From Leptolyngbyaceae cyanobacterium (GTDB lineage: Bacteria > Cyanobacteriota > Cyanobacteriia > Phormidesmidales > Phormidesmidaceae): DNA of 64,000 bases. The position numbers and the translations under genes were made by a program. Each line of letters opens with the position of its first letter. Within the stretch, counting starts at the first letter, position 1. The DNA lies in assembly GCA_050331235.1 (NCBI GenBank), contig JBHJHA010000015.1, forward strand, positions 39,599-103,598. The letters are read 5' to 3'. A model generated the notes under the pieces. That model was not told the origin of the DNA, searched no databases, and saw only the letters and a list, made by a program, of their open reading frames with translations. Below, in pieces: positions 7,891 to 17,389 of the stretch.

Positions 7891-10350
7891 ATGAAATCTT
7901 CCGTTACTGCAACCATCATTCTGTTTTTCTCGGGGCTGGCAGCCCTGATTTATCAAACCATTTGGATTAAGCAACTGGCACTCGTGGTGGGTGTTGAGGT
8001 CTATGCTGTCACCATTGGCATCAGTGCATTCTTTACTGGGCTAGCACTGGGCAATTTATGGATTGGCCGCTGGACCGATCGCAGCAAAACTCCTTTGAGA
8101 CTCTATGCGGGTTTAGAGTTCGGCATTGCTATTACAGGAGTTGCCACCACCTGGACCTTGGCCCATAGCGATCGCCTTTTTGTCTCCCTGCAAGACACCG
8201 TCGGATTCTTGGCCTGGGGCTGGCCTTTGTTGTTGGTTGGTATTCCCGCAACGCTGATGGGGGGCACATTGGTAGCGTTGCTGAGAGCCTGTGAACCCGC
8301 CGAGGAGTTGGTCGGGCGCACCGCTGGGCTGCTCTATGCTGCCAATACCGCTGGCGCGATCGCCGGCACCTTAATCACCGCTTTTTACCTGATTGTCAAT
8401 TTAGGTATCCAACACACAGCCTGGGCTGCCGCCACTATTAATATCATTCTGGCGCTAGCTGCCCTTTCACTTCAGTCCGTGTGGCAACCCGCAGTACCTT
8501 CTCCCAATCTCTTGGCAAAACCTCAGCAGCGGGTGTCTTTGGCTTTAGTGCTGTACGCGATCGCTGGAGGACTGGCGCTGGGCTATGAGGTCATTTGGAC
8601 CCAAGCCATTGTGCAGTTTTTGAGCACGCGAGCCTACGCCTTCGCCGTCATCCTCGCGACCTATTTATTGGGCCTAACGTTGGGCAGCTGGGTGATCTCG
8701 TTTTGGAGCGATCGCCTGCGTTATCCCTGGGTGGTATTTGGCAGTTTGATTGCTAGTGCGGGCATCTTTGCCTTGGCTAGCTTTACCTTCACAGATATTT
8801 GGCTGCTCAAAGCTCAGCATGATTGGGGGCTATGGGCCTGGCAACTGACCCACAACCGCATGGCCATGAAACTCACCACTTTTGCTGTGGCCACAGGTGT
8901 CTTTGTCTTACTGCCCACCCTTTGCTTAGGCGCTGCCTATCCCCTGGCGATTCGGCTGGTAACCCGCACTCAGCATGTTGGAAAAGACACAGGCTTGCTG
9001 ACGGCGTTAAATACGCTGGGGGGTATCGTGGGGACGGGAGTGACCGGATTTCTCTTGGTGCCCCATTTAGGACTTGTCCACAGTATGGTCTTATTGGCAG
9101 GGGTCGCGACAATCGTAGGGGCGATCGCCGTTCTACAAGCAGCGACGGGACCTGCGAGCAAAGTCGCCATTGGTACCGCTGTAGTCGCGGTGATGGGGTT
9201 GGCAGTCATCACCCCAGCCGACAACTTTGCCCAAATGCTGACGATTCAACATCCCGGCAAATTGCTGTTTCATCAAGAAAGCGCCGGTAATACCGTTGCT
9301 GTGATTGAGCAGCCCACCTCCCAAGGCTCATTTCATCGACTGTATATTCAGGGTGTCTCCAATACGGGCGATGTCTTCCCTTCTCTGCGCTACATGCGAT
9401 TGCAGGCGCTATTGCCGTTGATCATTCATTCCGGGCAGCCTCGATCGGCCATGGTGGTGGGGCTGGGCTCTGGCATCACGAGTGGTTCGCTGTTGACCTA
9501 CCCTGACCTAGAGGAGCAAGTCACCTACGAGCTACTACCCCCGGTAATCGAAGCGGCTCAAACATTTGATGGCAATTTTGAGGTGACGCGCAATCCTCGG
9601 GCGACGATTGAAATTAGTGATGGTCGCCATGAGCTTTTGCGGACTCAAAAGCAATTTGATCTCATTACATTGGAGCCTCCCCCACCTTCTGCCTCTGGAG
9701 TCGTGAACTTGTACTCTCGTGACTTTTACGAACTGGCAAAATCGAAGCTAGCTCCCGATGGCTTATTTGCCCAATGGTGGCCACTAGCTACCCAAAATGA
9801 TGCTGATTCGCGATCGTTGGCACGCAGTATGCTCGATGCGTTTCCCTATGTCACGGTATGGAGTACCGAGTTTCACGAAATGATGCTGATCGGTTCCATG
9901 TGCCCTCTAGAGCTGCAGCCTGAGCAGATCCGCGAGCGGTTTGCCATTCCCTCGATTCAAACGGCGCTAACCGAAATTGGGATCCAATCACCTCAGGCCT
10001 TACTGGCCACCTATGTCACCGATCGCACTGGCCTGGAGAGCTATGTACAGGATGCGCCTGCGGTTACCGATGACCGCCCTTTGATCGAATATGCCGACTG
10101 GGTGCGCCCCGGAGAAATTGCTCGGGTATTGCCAGAAGTCATGAAAACAAATACTGTAGTGCCGCTACCCAAAGATGATCCTTGGCAGGCTGAAATTAAT
10201 CAGGAACGATACAACCTGTCACGTTTGTATAAAGCCCAATTGTCCTTATACGAAGGGGAAGACAATGACTGGTATTACCAAATTGTCGAAGTGTTGGAGG
10301 CCGACCCCGACAATGCTTACTATCGATGGATGTTCAAAGAAAGTACCTAA
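7891..10350 (+). CDS. Fused MFS-like membrane / spermidine synthase-like SAM-binding protein
   Basis: About 12 TM helices with SGLAALIYQ and LYAANTAGAIAG motifs; C-terminal VVGLGSGIT, DGRH, FDLITLEPPPP, NLYSRDFY. Confidence 0.85.
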   Translation: MKSSVTATIILFFSGLAALIYQTIWIKQLALVVGVEVYAVTIGISAFFTGLALGNLWIGRWTDRSKTPLRLYAGLEFGIAITGVATTWTLAHSDRLFVSLQDTVGFLAWGWPLLLVGIPATLMGGTLVALLRACEPAEELVGRTAGLLYAANTAGAIAGTLITAFYLIVNLGIQHTAWAAATINIILALAALSLQSVWQPAVPSPNLLAKPQQRVSLALVLYAIAGGLALGYEVIWTQAIVQFLSTRAYAFAVILATYLLGLTLGSWVISFWSDRLRYPWVVFGSLIASAGIFALASFTFTDIWLLKAQHDWGLWAWQLTHNRMAMKLTTFAVATGVFVLLPTLCLGAAYPLAIRLVTRTQHVGKDTGLLTALNTLGGIVGTGVTGFLLVPHLGLVHSMVLLAGVATIVGAIAVLQAATGPASKVAIGTAVVAVMGLAVITPADNFAQMLTIQHPGKLLFHQESAGNTVAVIEQPTSQGSFHRLYIQGVSNTGDVFPSLRYMRLQALLPLIIHSGQPRSAMVVGLGSGITSGSLLTYPDLEEQVTYELLPPVIEAAQTFDGNFEVTRNPRATIEISDGRHELLRTQKQFDLITLEPPPPSASGVVNLYSRDFYELAKSKLAPDGLFAQWWPLATQNDADSRSLARSMLDAFPYVTVWSTEFHEMMLIGSMCPLELQPEQIRERFAIPSIQTALTEIGIQSPQALLATYVTDRTGLESYVQDAPAVTDDRPLIEYADWVRPGEIARVLPEVMKTNTVVPLPKDDPWQAEINQERYNLSRLYKAQLSLYEGEDNDWYYQIVEVLEADPDNAYYRWMFKEST

Positions 10351-10359
10351 TCCTCGGGA

Positions 10360-10508
10360 TTGATCATCAGCTCAAATCAGCAGAAGCAAGCGCCGAGTTG
10401 TGGCAAGTCAGGGTGGCGACTATTTGCCGTTGGCGAAATCGGCCTTCTTTAACGCCCACCTTGAAGAAGACTTTGGCCCGTGCCCCCGCAAGGCACCACG
10501 CTGGATAA
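10360..10508 (+). mobile_element. IS630-family transposase remnant
   Basis: SAEASAELWQVRVATICRWRNRPSLTPT resembles the HTH of cyanobacterial IS630/ISY100 transposases; short and degraded. Confidence 0.5.
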
Positions 10509-10726
10509 AGTCGTCGCTAACTATCGATGTGCCTGACGCTAGTCCGATTCTTATTCTTAAGTAGAATCACATAGATCGGGCGATCGCGGCGACAGATGCC
10601 GCCAGTCGAGATAATGTACCCAAAAAAACAGATGGGATTTCACAGCTGAAGGAAACTTCGCAAATGACAGAGGTGAGAGCGGTGCCAATCCCTTGAAGCG
10701 CTCCACCGTATGCTTGCTCGACAGCC

Positions 10727-11512
10727 TCAATCCGCTTTGAACAAGCGCCCGACGGCGGTGGTCAAAAATTCACGGGGCACGAAGCGCCCAGCATTGACTA
10801 AAATCTGATTTCTCAATCCCCCTGTCACCACATTAGAATCCCCGCGATCAAGGGCCGCTAGCGCTTGCTGTACCACCGTTTCGGGTGAGGCTAAACTGTC
10901 TTGTCCAGGAATATTTTCCATGGAAGTGGGAAAGTCCGCGGTTTTGAAAAATTCCGTCTCTGTGGGACCAGGACAAACGCCCAGCACCTTGATCTTGTAA
11001 GGGCTGCATTCAAACCACAGCGATTCGCTAAAGCTGAGCACAAAGGATTTAGTGGCGGCATACACTGCAAAGTAGGGAATCGGTTGGAAAGCTGCGGTGG
11101 AGCTGATATTCAAAATGCTGCCGGACTGCCGAGCCTTCATGCCTGCGAGGGCGCGATAGGTGAGCTCAACCAGGACGCTCACATTGAGCTGGATCATGTT
11201 GAGATAGGCGCTGAGGTCGCCTGCGGCCAGCTCCCCGTATACTCCAAATCCAGCATTGTTAATCAGCATATCGAGCTCGATGCCCTGTTGCCCAAGCTGG
11301 GTAAATATGGTCTCGGCGGCGTGATCAGCCAGCAAATCCTGCACGATGACGGTGCTCTGGATGTGGTGAGCTTGGCTGAGGCGATCGCCAATGGCCTGCA
11401 ATTTGTCTTGGGAGCGAGCTACCAAAACGAGGTCGTAGCCTTTCTTGGCCAACTGTTCTGCAAAGGTGGCGCCAATGCCGGACGAAGCGCCTGTAATAAG
11501 TGCTGTTGTCAT
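10727..11512 (-). CDS. Short-chain dehydrogenase/reductase
   Basis: TGASSGIG, NNAG, YAATK. Confidence 0.93.
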   Translation of the reverse strand: MTTALITGASSGIGATFAEQLAKKGYDLVLVARSQDKLQAIGDRLSQAHHIQSTVIVQDLLADHAAETIFTQLGQQGIELDMLINNAGFGVYGELAAGDLSAYLNMIQLNVSVLVELTYRALAGMKARQSGSILNISSTAAFQPIPYFAVYAATKSFVLSFSESLWFECSPYKIKVLGVCPGPTETEFFKTADFPTSMENIPGQDSLASPETVVQQALAALDRGDSNVVTGGLRNQILVNAGRFVPREFLTTAVGRLFKAD

Positions 11513-11633
11513 ATTTGAGATGTTTTCTCAACCTTTTGACTGTAGGCTCAAAAGGGAGAAATGCAAGTCTACCGGAAGTCAGACTTTGAAGGTTGCCACG
11601 GGCTTGTAAGGCAAAGGGCTGACAGATATTTCT

Positions 11634-13412
11634 ATGCTGACGCTAACCCAGGTTTGGGGTGCACTCTTGATCTTAGTCCTTGGACCACTGGTGGGTGCCC
11701 TGCCGCTGAGTCATTGGGTGACTTATTCCTTGGCTGGGACGCGATCGCGCACGCTACCGCCTGGCAATGTGGGGGTACCCGTGGCGTTTGCGGTGGGGGG
11801 CACGCTGGCGGGCGGTCTCGCCCTGCTGCTAGAGGCGGCCAAGGGCGTGGGTGTTGTATGGCTAGCGCGCTACTACTTTCCGACCGACGCCACTTGGGAG
11901 GTGGTGGCGCTAATGGCGTTGGTCATGGGGCGTTACTGGTCGGCCAAGGCCGTGGGGACGACCAGCGTGCTCTGGGGGGCGATCGCCCATCGCCCGGTTA
12001 CAGCTGGACTCACCTTACTCGTCAGCTTTTTAGGCTTTACGATCTTTCGGGAACGGCAGCAGGGGCGCTGGCTGGTCTTGATTTTGTTTCCGCTGATGAC
12101 AGCGCTCAATCAAGCCAGCGGCATGCAAGTTTTGATGACGGTCTGCTTGAGCGGACTGATCGGGTGGATTTACCAAACCATTCCAGAAGACTTGGAGGTG
12201 CCCACGCCGGCTACTCGCTTGGAGTCACGCCGCTTGTTTGGGTTCTTTCGCAGCGATCGCGCATTGCTGTCCCTCGCTCAACCCTTGGATGCCGCAACTG
12301 CCGGGAGTCAAGCGGCTCACTTATCCCAGCTCATGGCGGCGGGGTATCCCGTGCCCCAGGGCTATGTGCTGCCTGCTGGCGATGATCCGACTATGCTGCT
12401 GGAGATTACTCAGCCTACGGTCGCAGCGCCGGTGACCGTGCAGCCATCGCTAATGAGTGACGTCCCGGCGATCGCGGCCAGTGCGGGTCAATACTTTACC
12501 CAGTCGGACATTACCTCGCCCGAGGCGCTATATGTCGCCATCAATCGTTGCTTTAGCACCTACGACCAGCCCCATGCTCGGCAATATCGGCGCGATCGCG
12601 ATTTGCCCGAGGGCGGTTTAGCCGTTTTGGTACAGCAGCAAGTCCTAAGCCTGTGCGGTGGGGTAGCCGCCAGCCGTGCTCCCTTTACTGGGCAGGGGGA
12701 TGCCGTCATCATCGAGGCGCTCCTAGGACCGAGTACTCAAGTGACGGCCGGTCAGCGGTTACCCGAACGCTACGAAGTGACCGTACAGGTAGACGATTTG
12801 CCGAGCGATCGTGCTGATGCCGAGGGTTGGCAGCTACCTGAGGCCCTGACGCTAACGGTCACGGGCACAGGCGAGGTGCCACACCGGCTGCTGCAGGCAG
12901 TTGCCTTTTTAGCCCGTCATTTAGAACGGCAGTCCCATGGCATTCCCCAACTGGTGGAGTGGAGTTTTGATGGCGATCGCCTGTGGCTATTGCGCAGTCG
13001 TCCCCAAATCCCCACGGCTGCCCTGCCTGACGAGCGGGCTGCTGCCCTGCCCGGCACGGGAGATGTCGATGTTTCCACTACTCCCCTCCGGTCGGCCATT
13101 ACTGGGTTACCCGTCTGTCCAGGAACCGTGATGGGTCAGGTACATGTCCTGCAAGCGTTGAAAGATGTGCAAACCCTGCCCGCTGAAAGTATTTTGGTGG
13201 TGCCTTATCTTAAGGCCAGCGAGCTGCCTGCGATCGCTCAGACGGGGGTGAAAGGACTCATTGCTGAAGCCGGAGGACAACTTTCTGATGGCGCGATCAC
13301 AGCCCGAGAATATGGCTTGCCCACGGTCATCCTGCCACATCGGCAAAATCACTTAGTTGCCCGACAGAGAGTCCGCCTCAATGGCGCGATTGGCTCAGTA
13401 GAATTGCTGTGA
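11634..13412 (+). CDS. PlsY-like acyltransferase fused to degenerate PEP-utilising (PPDK-like) domains
   Basis: N-terminal TM domain with GNVGV and EAAKG; GYPVPQG, ASAGQY, AVLVQQQV, VEWSFDG; swivelling domain GGQLSDGAITAREYGLP. Confidence 0.78.
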   Translation: MLTLTQVWGALLILVLGPLVGALPLSHWVTYSLAGTRSRTLPPGNVGVPVAFAVGGTLAGGLALLLEAAKGVGVVWLARYYFPTDATWEVVALMALVMGRYWSAKAVGTTSVLWGAIAHRPVTAGLTLLVSFLGFTIFRERQQGRWLVLILFPLMTALNQASGMQVLMTVCLSGLIGWIYQTIPEDLEVPTPATRLESRRLFGFFRSDRALLSLAQPLDAATAGSQAAHLSQLMAAGYPVPQGYVLPAGDDPTMLLEITQPTVAAPVTVQPSLMSDVPAIAASAGQYFTQSDITSPEALYVAINRCFSTYDQPHARQYRRDRDLPEGGLAVLVQQQVLSLCGGVAASRAPFTGQGDAVIIEALLGPSTQVTAGQRLPERYEVTVQVDDLPSDRADAEGWQLPEALTLTVTGTGEVPHRLLQAVAFLARHLERQSHGIPQLVEWSFDGDRLWLLRSRPQIPTAALPDERAAALPGTGDVDVSTTPLRSAITGLPVCPGTVMGQVHVLQALKDVQTLPAESILVVPYLKASELPAIAQTGVKGLIAEAGGQLSDGAITAREYGLPTVILPHRQNHLVARQRVRLNGAIGSVELL

Positions 13413-13599
13413 TTCTTATGGGTTTGAGCATTTTCATAAAGTTTTCATGAAATGGCTCTGTAATGTTTCAGAAAAGCCACATCAGATGTTCAAAAATGGG
13501 AACTGTAAAAACACCTTGCTGAAAATTTAATCGTCACCCATTTCCTGATTAATCATCTCTCCCTCCAAATTAAATACCAGCTAGGAGTAAATCAGCGGC

Positions 13600-14202
13600 A
13601 TGAGCTACCCCAGTTTCAGTAGTTACTTAAAGATCCTGAGCAGTTTGCTTAAGCACAAAGGACTGTGGCTACAGCAAGAATCAAGAGAGTTAGCCTATCT
13701 TTGTCAGGTTTATGGCAAGCAGCTCAAGCTCAGCCACACTGACCGAAAAATCCTCTTGATGGCAGCCTATTGCAAAAATCTCGGCGCGCTGTATGTGAGC
13801 GATTTTTTACTCGAGCAAGAGTTTCGAGATCACGGTTTGATGATGTCTAGCCTGAGCACCTGGTTTGTCGAAAGTGTGCGCATTGCCCGTGAGGCTGACC
13901 TCGAAGAGGTGGCCATTATTTTAGAGCAGTATCACCAGCGGTCGGTGCCAAAGCATAAACTGGCCCGGATCTTTCAAGTTTTGAATACATGGGTGGCCTG
14001 CCAACAAGAAAAGGGCTGGCGTCATCCGATGACGGAGCGAGAAGCCCGAGTCATTTTGGAGCAGCGGGCCCGCTTACGCTGGGCCGACCCCATCATCGTG
14101 CGTCATTTTGTGCACTACTGCGATCGCACAGGCGGTCTGTTTCGGCGCACCGAGTCCCTAGCCGAGACCGCTGAAATGGATACTGCAGTTGCCCTGACTT
14201 AG
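13600..14202 (+). CDS. Degenerate HD-GYP/HD-like domain protein
   Basis: LLMAAYCKNLG, IILEQYH, LARIFQVLNTWVA and DPIIV align with the HD-GYP scaffold, but HD and GYP residues are absent; AGGAG RBS upstream. Confidence 0.55.
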   Translation: MSYPSFSSYLKILSSLLKHKGLWLQQESRELAYLCQVYGKQLKLSHTDRKILLMAAYCKNLGALYVSDFLLEQEFRDHGLMMSSLSTWFVESVRIAREADLEEVAIILEQYHQRSVPKHKLARIFQVLNTWVACQQEKGWRHPMTEREARVILEQRARLRWADPIIVRHFVHYCDRTGGLFRRTESLAETAEMDTAVALT

Positions 14203-14215
14203 GGGCGATCGCCGC

Positions 14216-15751
14216 TTACTCACAGATGCCAAACTCCTGCCATTTGGGCAAAGTTTTCTGCAAAAAGGTCTCGGCTAAATCCGTTGCGTAGGGCTGCAGG
14301 GCCTCGCGAGTCGTCAGCGCTTGGCCGGCCTGGGTCAGGCCTTTATTCATGGCCAGCAGGCGTTCCGTCAAGCTCATACCCAGATCTGCCGCGGTAGCAT
14401 TGGGGTGCTCAAATCGAGCTGCTAGGAGAATTAGGTCCACGTCGCTGACGGTCACCACGTGGCCGATCTGGCTGGCGATCGCAAATCGATAAGGAGCCCC
14501 ATTGGCCGTAGCGACGGCAATTTCGCGGTTGAGCGCTAGCGCCGGCGCGCGATCGCGGGGGGGGTGATAAAAGGTGATTTGACCGGCACTGAGCATAAAG
14601 GATAGAGCCTGCACCATGTCGCCGAGATTCAACGGCTGTGACCCGGCTGCCTGCATCATTTCTCGTGCCGTTTTGGGGCCTTGGGCCAATAGGTCATAAA
14701 AGGCTTGGTAAATCTTCGGTTTGCCTTTGAGCTCACCCAAGGAAGTTTTAAATTTAATCTCCTCTGACTCCGGGGGACGGCTAACCAACGCATAGGACTG
14801 CTTGAGTAAGGCTGTCTGCCGCTGAATAGCCCAAATCGGAGCGGCCCCACGACTAAAAACATCCCGACGAAAGCTTTGGTTGGTTAAGGTATCGATCATG
14901 ACTTCTTGCACCACGGGATCGGAATACTGCTGCAAAACGTCTTTGAATTTTTGCGGCATGAAGCTGCGGATGTATAAATCGCTCAAGCTGGCGGTGCCCA
15001 CAAAGGTTAGTTTGGCCGGCTTGAGTTCCTCAGCCACCTGATCAAACCAGCGAGGGTGCCAATTGTCATGCAAATATTCCTGCACAAGGTAGGCGCGATC
15101 GTGCTTCGCTACCTTTTCCAACATCGCTTTCATGCCTGGCAGCATCTTGGTCATGCCCGCCTGCAATTCTGTCAGCTCTTGTAGCCGGGCGATGCCGGTT
15201 TCAATGGCCTTGACGGACTCCAGGCTCTCGGTAGTTTGCCACAGCCGCATCAGGTGCTGAATCGGGTGGGAAGAAAACCAGGCAGGCAACGAGTTGTAGC
15301 TGAGATACACGAGCGCGCCCGCCGTGGAGGCAGCCTCAATCACCTGGACGATCGCCCGACAGACATCGGCCTGCAGCCAGCTGTAGATACCGTGGGCCGC
15401 AATGTAATCGAACTGTCCCCAATCGGCGGGCCACTGCTGGGCGAGCTCGACAAAGTCAGCCTCTTCAAAGCGGATATTATTGAGACCCGCCGATTTGGCT
15501 AGGTTGCGGGCATGGCTAATATGCACCGGATTAAAGTCAATGCCCAGAAAGTCGTGGTCGGGATTGATCGCGGCCAACAAGGTCAGGCCAAACCCCTGGC
15601 CGCAGCCCAGTTCTAGATATCGCCAGTTGCCCGTTGGCGGCGCGACCGAGCGACTTAAGGCTACGTAATCAAGCCACTCGGGGCTAATTTCGCGATAAAA
15701 GCCAAAGGTGTAACCTAGGTCAGTGTTGTAGCCAGAAGACCAAGTAGACAT
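14216..15751 (-). CDS. Class I SAM-dependent methyltransferase with methyltransferase regulatory domain
   Basis: YLELGCGQG, FDYIAAHGIYSW, YLSYN, YLVQEYL, NQSFRRDVF. Confidence 0.85.
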   Translation of the reverse strand: MSTWSSGYNTDLGYTFGFYREISPEWLDYVALSRSVAPPTGNWRYLELGCGQGFGLTLLAAINPDHDFLGIDFNPVHISHARNLAKSAGLNNIRFEEADFVELAQQWPADWGQFDYIAAHGIYSWLQADVCRAIVQVIEAASTAGALVYLSYNSLPAWFSSHPIQHLMRLWQTTESLESVKAIETGIARLQELTELQAGMTKMLPGMKAMLEKVAKHDRAYLVQEYLHDNWHPRWFDQVAEELKPAKLTFVGTASLSDLYIRSFMPQKFKDVLQQYSDPVVQEVMIDTLTNQSFRRDVFSRGAAPIWAIQRQTALLKQSYALVSRPPESEEIKFKTSLGELKGKPKIYQAFYDLLAQGPKTAREMMQAAGSQPLNLGDMVQALSFMLSAGQITFYHPPRDRAPALALNREIAVATANGAPYRFAIASQIGHVVTVSDVDLILLAARFEHPNATAADLGMSLTERLLAMNKGLTQAGQALTTREALQPYATDLAETFLQKTLPKWQEFGICE

Positions 15752-15915
15752 TAAAGAGAAATCCTATCTGTGGTTAGCCACTTTAGTTATAGACAGGGAT
15801 ATCAAAGCTGCAACTTTCAGTAACACTCATTCAAACTTTGGGCGATCGCGGTTTACCCGATGCAGCCATGATTGTTCCCGGCCCTGTGTGAGGGCCAAAA
15901 ACTGGTATAGTCTGC

Positions 15916-15933
15916 ACAGACCGATCAGTCTGT
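15916..15933. promoter_or_regulatory. Putative TetR operator (autoregulatory)
   Basis: ACAGACCGATCAGTCTGT near-palindrome 6 bp upstream of the tetR ATG, just after a TATAGT -10-like hexamer. Confidence 0.7.
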
Positions 15934-15939
15934 TTTGGT

Positions 15940-16545
15940 ATGTCAAAAGCTGACCTGACCCGCCAACACATCATCGCTCAAGCTGCCCCACTTTTTAATC
16001 GCCAGGGCTATGCCGGAGCCTCGATGGCCGATATTATGGCGGCCACGGGGCTCAAAAAAGGCGGTATCTATAATCACTTTGCCAGCAAAGATGATCTGGC
16101 GATCGCCGCCTTTGATTACAGTGTGCAAAAAGCTGGTCAGCTCCACCTGCGGGCCATCCGTCGAGCCCGACACAGTCCGGCTCAGCTCCAGGCGATGGTG
16201 CATAGCTTTGTGGCCCATTTTGACGAGATTTGCGCCTGGGGCGGCTGCCCCCTGATGAACACCCTGCTGGATAGCGATGATGGTCATCCCCAACTGCAAG
16301 CTAGGGTGCGTATGGCGATGGACCAGTGGCGCTGCCTGATCAAAAAGATTGTGCAGCGGGGCATTGACCGGGGGGAACTTGCCCCGCCGACGAATCCCGA
16401 TGCGGTGGCAACGATCGTGATTGCGGTTCTTGAAGGAGCTTTGGCCTTGGCCCGGCTGTACAGCGATCGCGTTCACTTGGACGATGCAAAAGCTCATCTC
16501 GATGCCTATATCCACAGCCTCACTGCGGCCGATGACACCTCTTGA
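15940..16545 (+). CDS. TetR/AcrR family regulator
   Basis: GYAGASMADIMAATGLKKGGIYNHFASKDDL; GGCP in the C-terminal domain. Confidence 0.93.
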   Translation: MSKADLTRQHIIAQAAPLFNRQGYAGASMADIMAATGLKKGGIYNHFASKDDLAIAAFDYSVQKAGQLHLRAIRRARHSPAQLQAMVHSFVAHFDEICAWGGCPLMNTLLDSDDGHPQLQARVRMAMDQWRCLIKKIVQRGIDRGELAPPTNPDAVATIVIAVLEGALALARLYSDRVHLDDAKAHLDAYIHSLTAADDTS

Positions 16546-16580
16546 CTTCAACGGTCCTAACGAGGCCCCTTTTTATTTGT

Positions 16581-16610
16581 CCTCGAAAAGACCGATCGGT
16601 CTTTTCGAGG
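16581..16610. promoter_or_regulatory. Perfect 30-bp palindrome, second TetR operator and/or hairpin
   Basis: CCTCGAAAAGACCGATCGGTCTTTTCGAGG has the same AGACCGATCxGTCT core as the site at 15916. Confidence 0.7.
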
Positions 16611-16726
16611 GGGCCTGTCCTGTTAGGGATGCCGTCCTGCGCGCTGTTGCCCAGACCCGCGCCACCGATTGCACTCTGCTTGATACATATTCACTCTGAT
16701 GTCACCCCGATTCTGGATTTTTTCCC

Positions 16727-17389
16727 ATGTTGACTTTTTACTACCACCCGCTATCCCCCATCGCTCGACGGGTTTGGCTAGCTTTGCTAGAAAAGGAGAT
16801 TGCCTTTGAGGCTAAGCTTGTGGATCTCAAGGCCCGGGCAAATTTTGAGGCCGATTATTTAGCCATCCATCCGTTTCATCATGTGCCGGCCCTAGTGCAT
16901 AACCAGCTCTCGATAATCGAGTCGTTTGCCATTTTGGATTATTTGGAGGCGCAGTTTCCCCAGCGGAGTTTGACGCCTGTTGCGCCGGTAGCGATCGCCC
17001 AGATGCGCATGGTGCAAATGGTCATTGCCAATGAACTGATGCCCAAATTGCCTGCTCTGGTATTCAAGCAAGATGCCGATCGGTCACCGGCTGCCGATAT
17101 CCAACAGCAAGTCAATACAGTGTTTACCTTTCTCGAAGGAAAGTTGGGGCCGGCCAGCTATTTTGGCGGCGATCGCCTGTCCCTGGCCGACATTACTGCT
17201 GGGGCAGTGATGCCACTGCTGCGCCGATTGGGGATGACGCTCTCGAAATATCCCCAGTTAAATGCGTGGTGCGATCGCCTCAGCGCTCGGCCTGCCTGGC
17301 AACAGACCGAACCCACTGCCGCTGACCTCCAGGCCTGGCAGCGCTGGATTACGGTCATGGTAAAACGGCATCGCCAGCGGCGGGCTTAA
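16727..17389 (+). CDS. Glutathione S-transferase
   Basis: SPIARRV, HPFHHVPAL, IESFAILDYLE, LSLADI. Confidence 0.92.
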   Translation: MLTFYYHPLSPIARRVWLALLEKEIAFEAKLVDLKARANFEADYLAIHPFHHVPALVHNQLSIIESFAILDYLEAQFPQRSLTPVAPVAIAQMRMVQMVIANELMPKLPALVFKQDADRSPAADIQQQVNTVFTFLEGKLGPASYFGGDRLSLADITAGAVMPLLRRLGMTLSKYPQLNAWCDRLSARPAWQQTEPTAADLQAWQRWITVMVKRHRQRRA

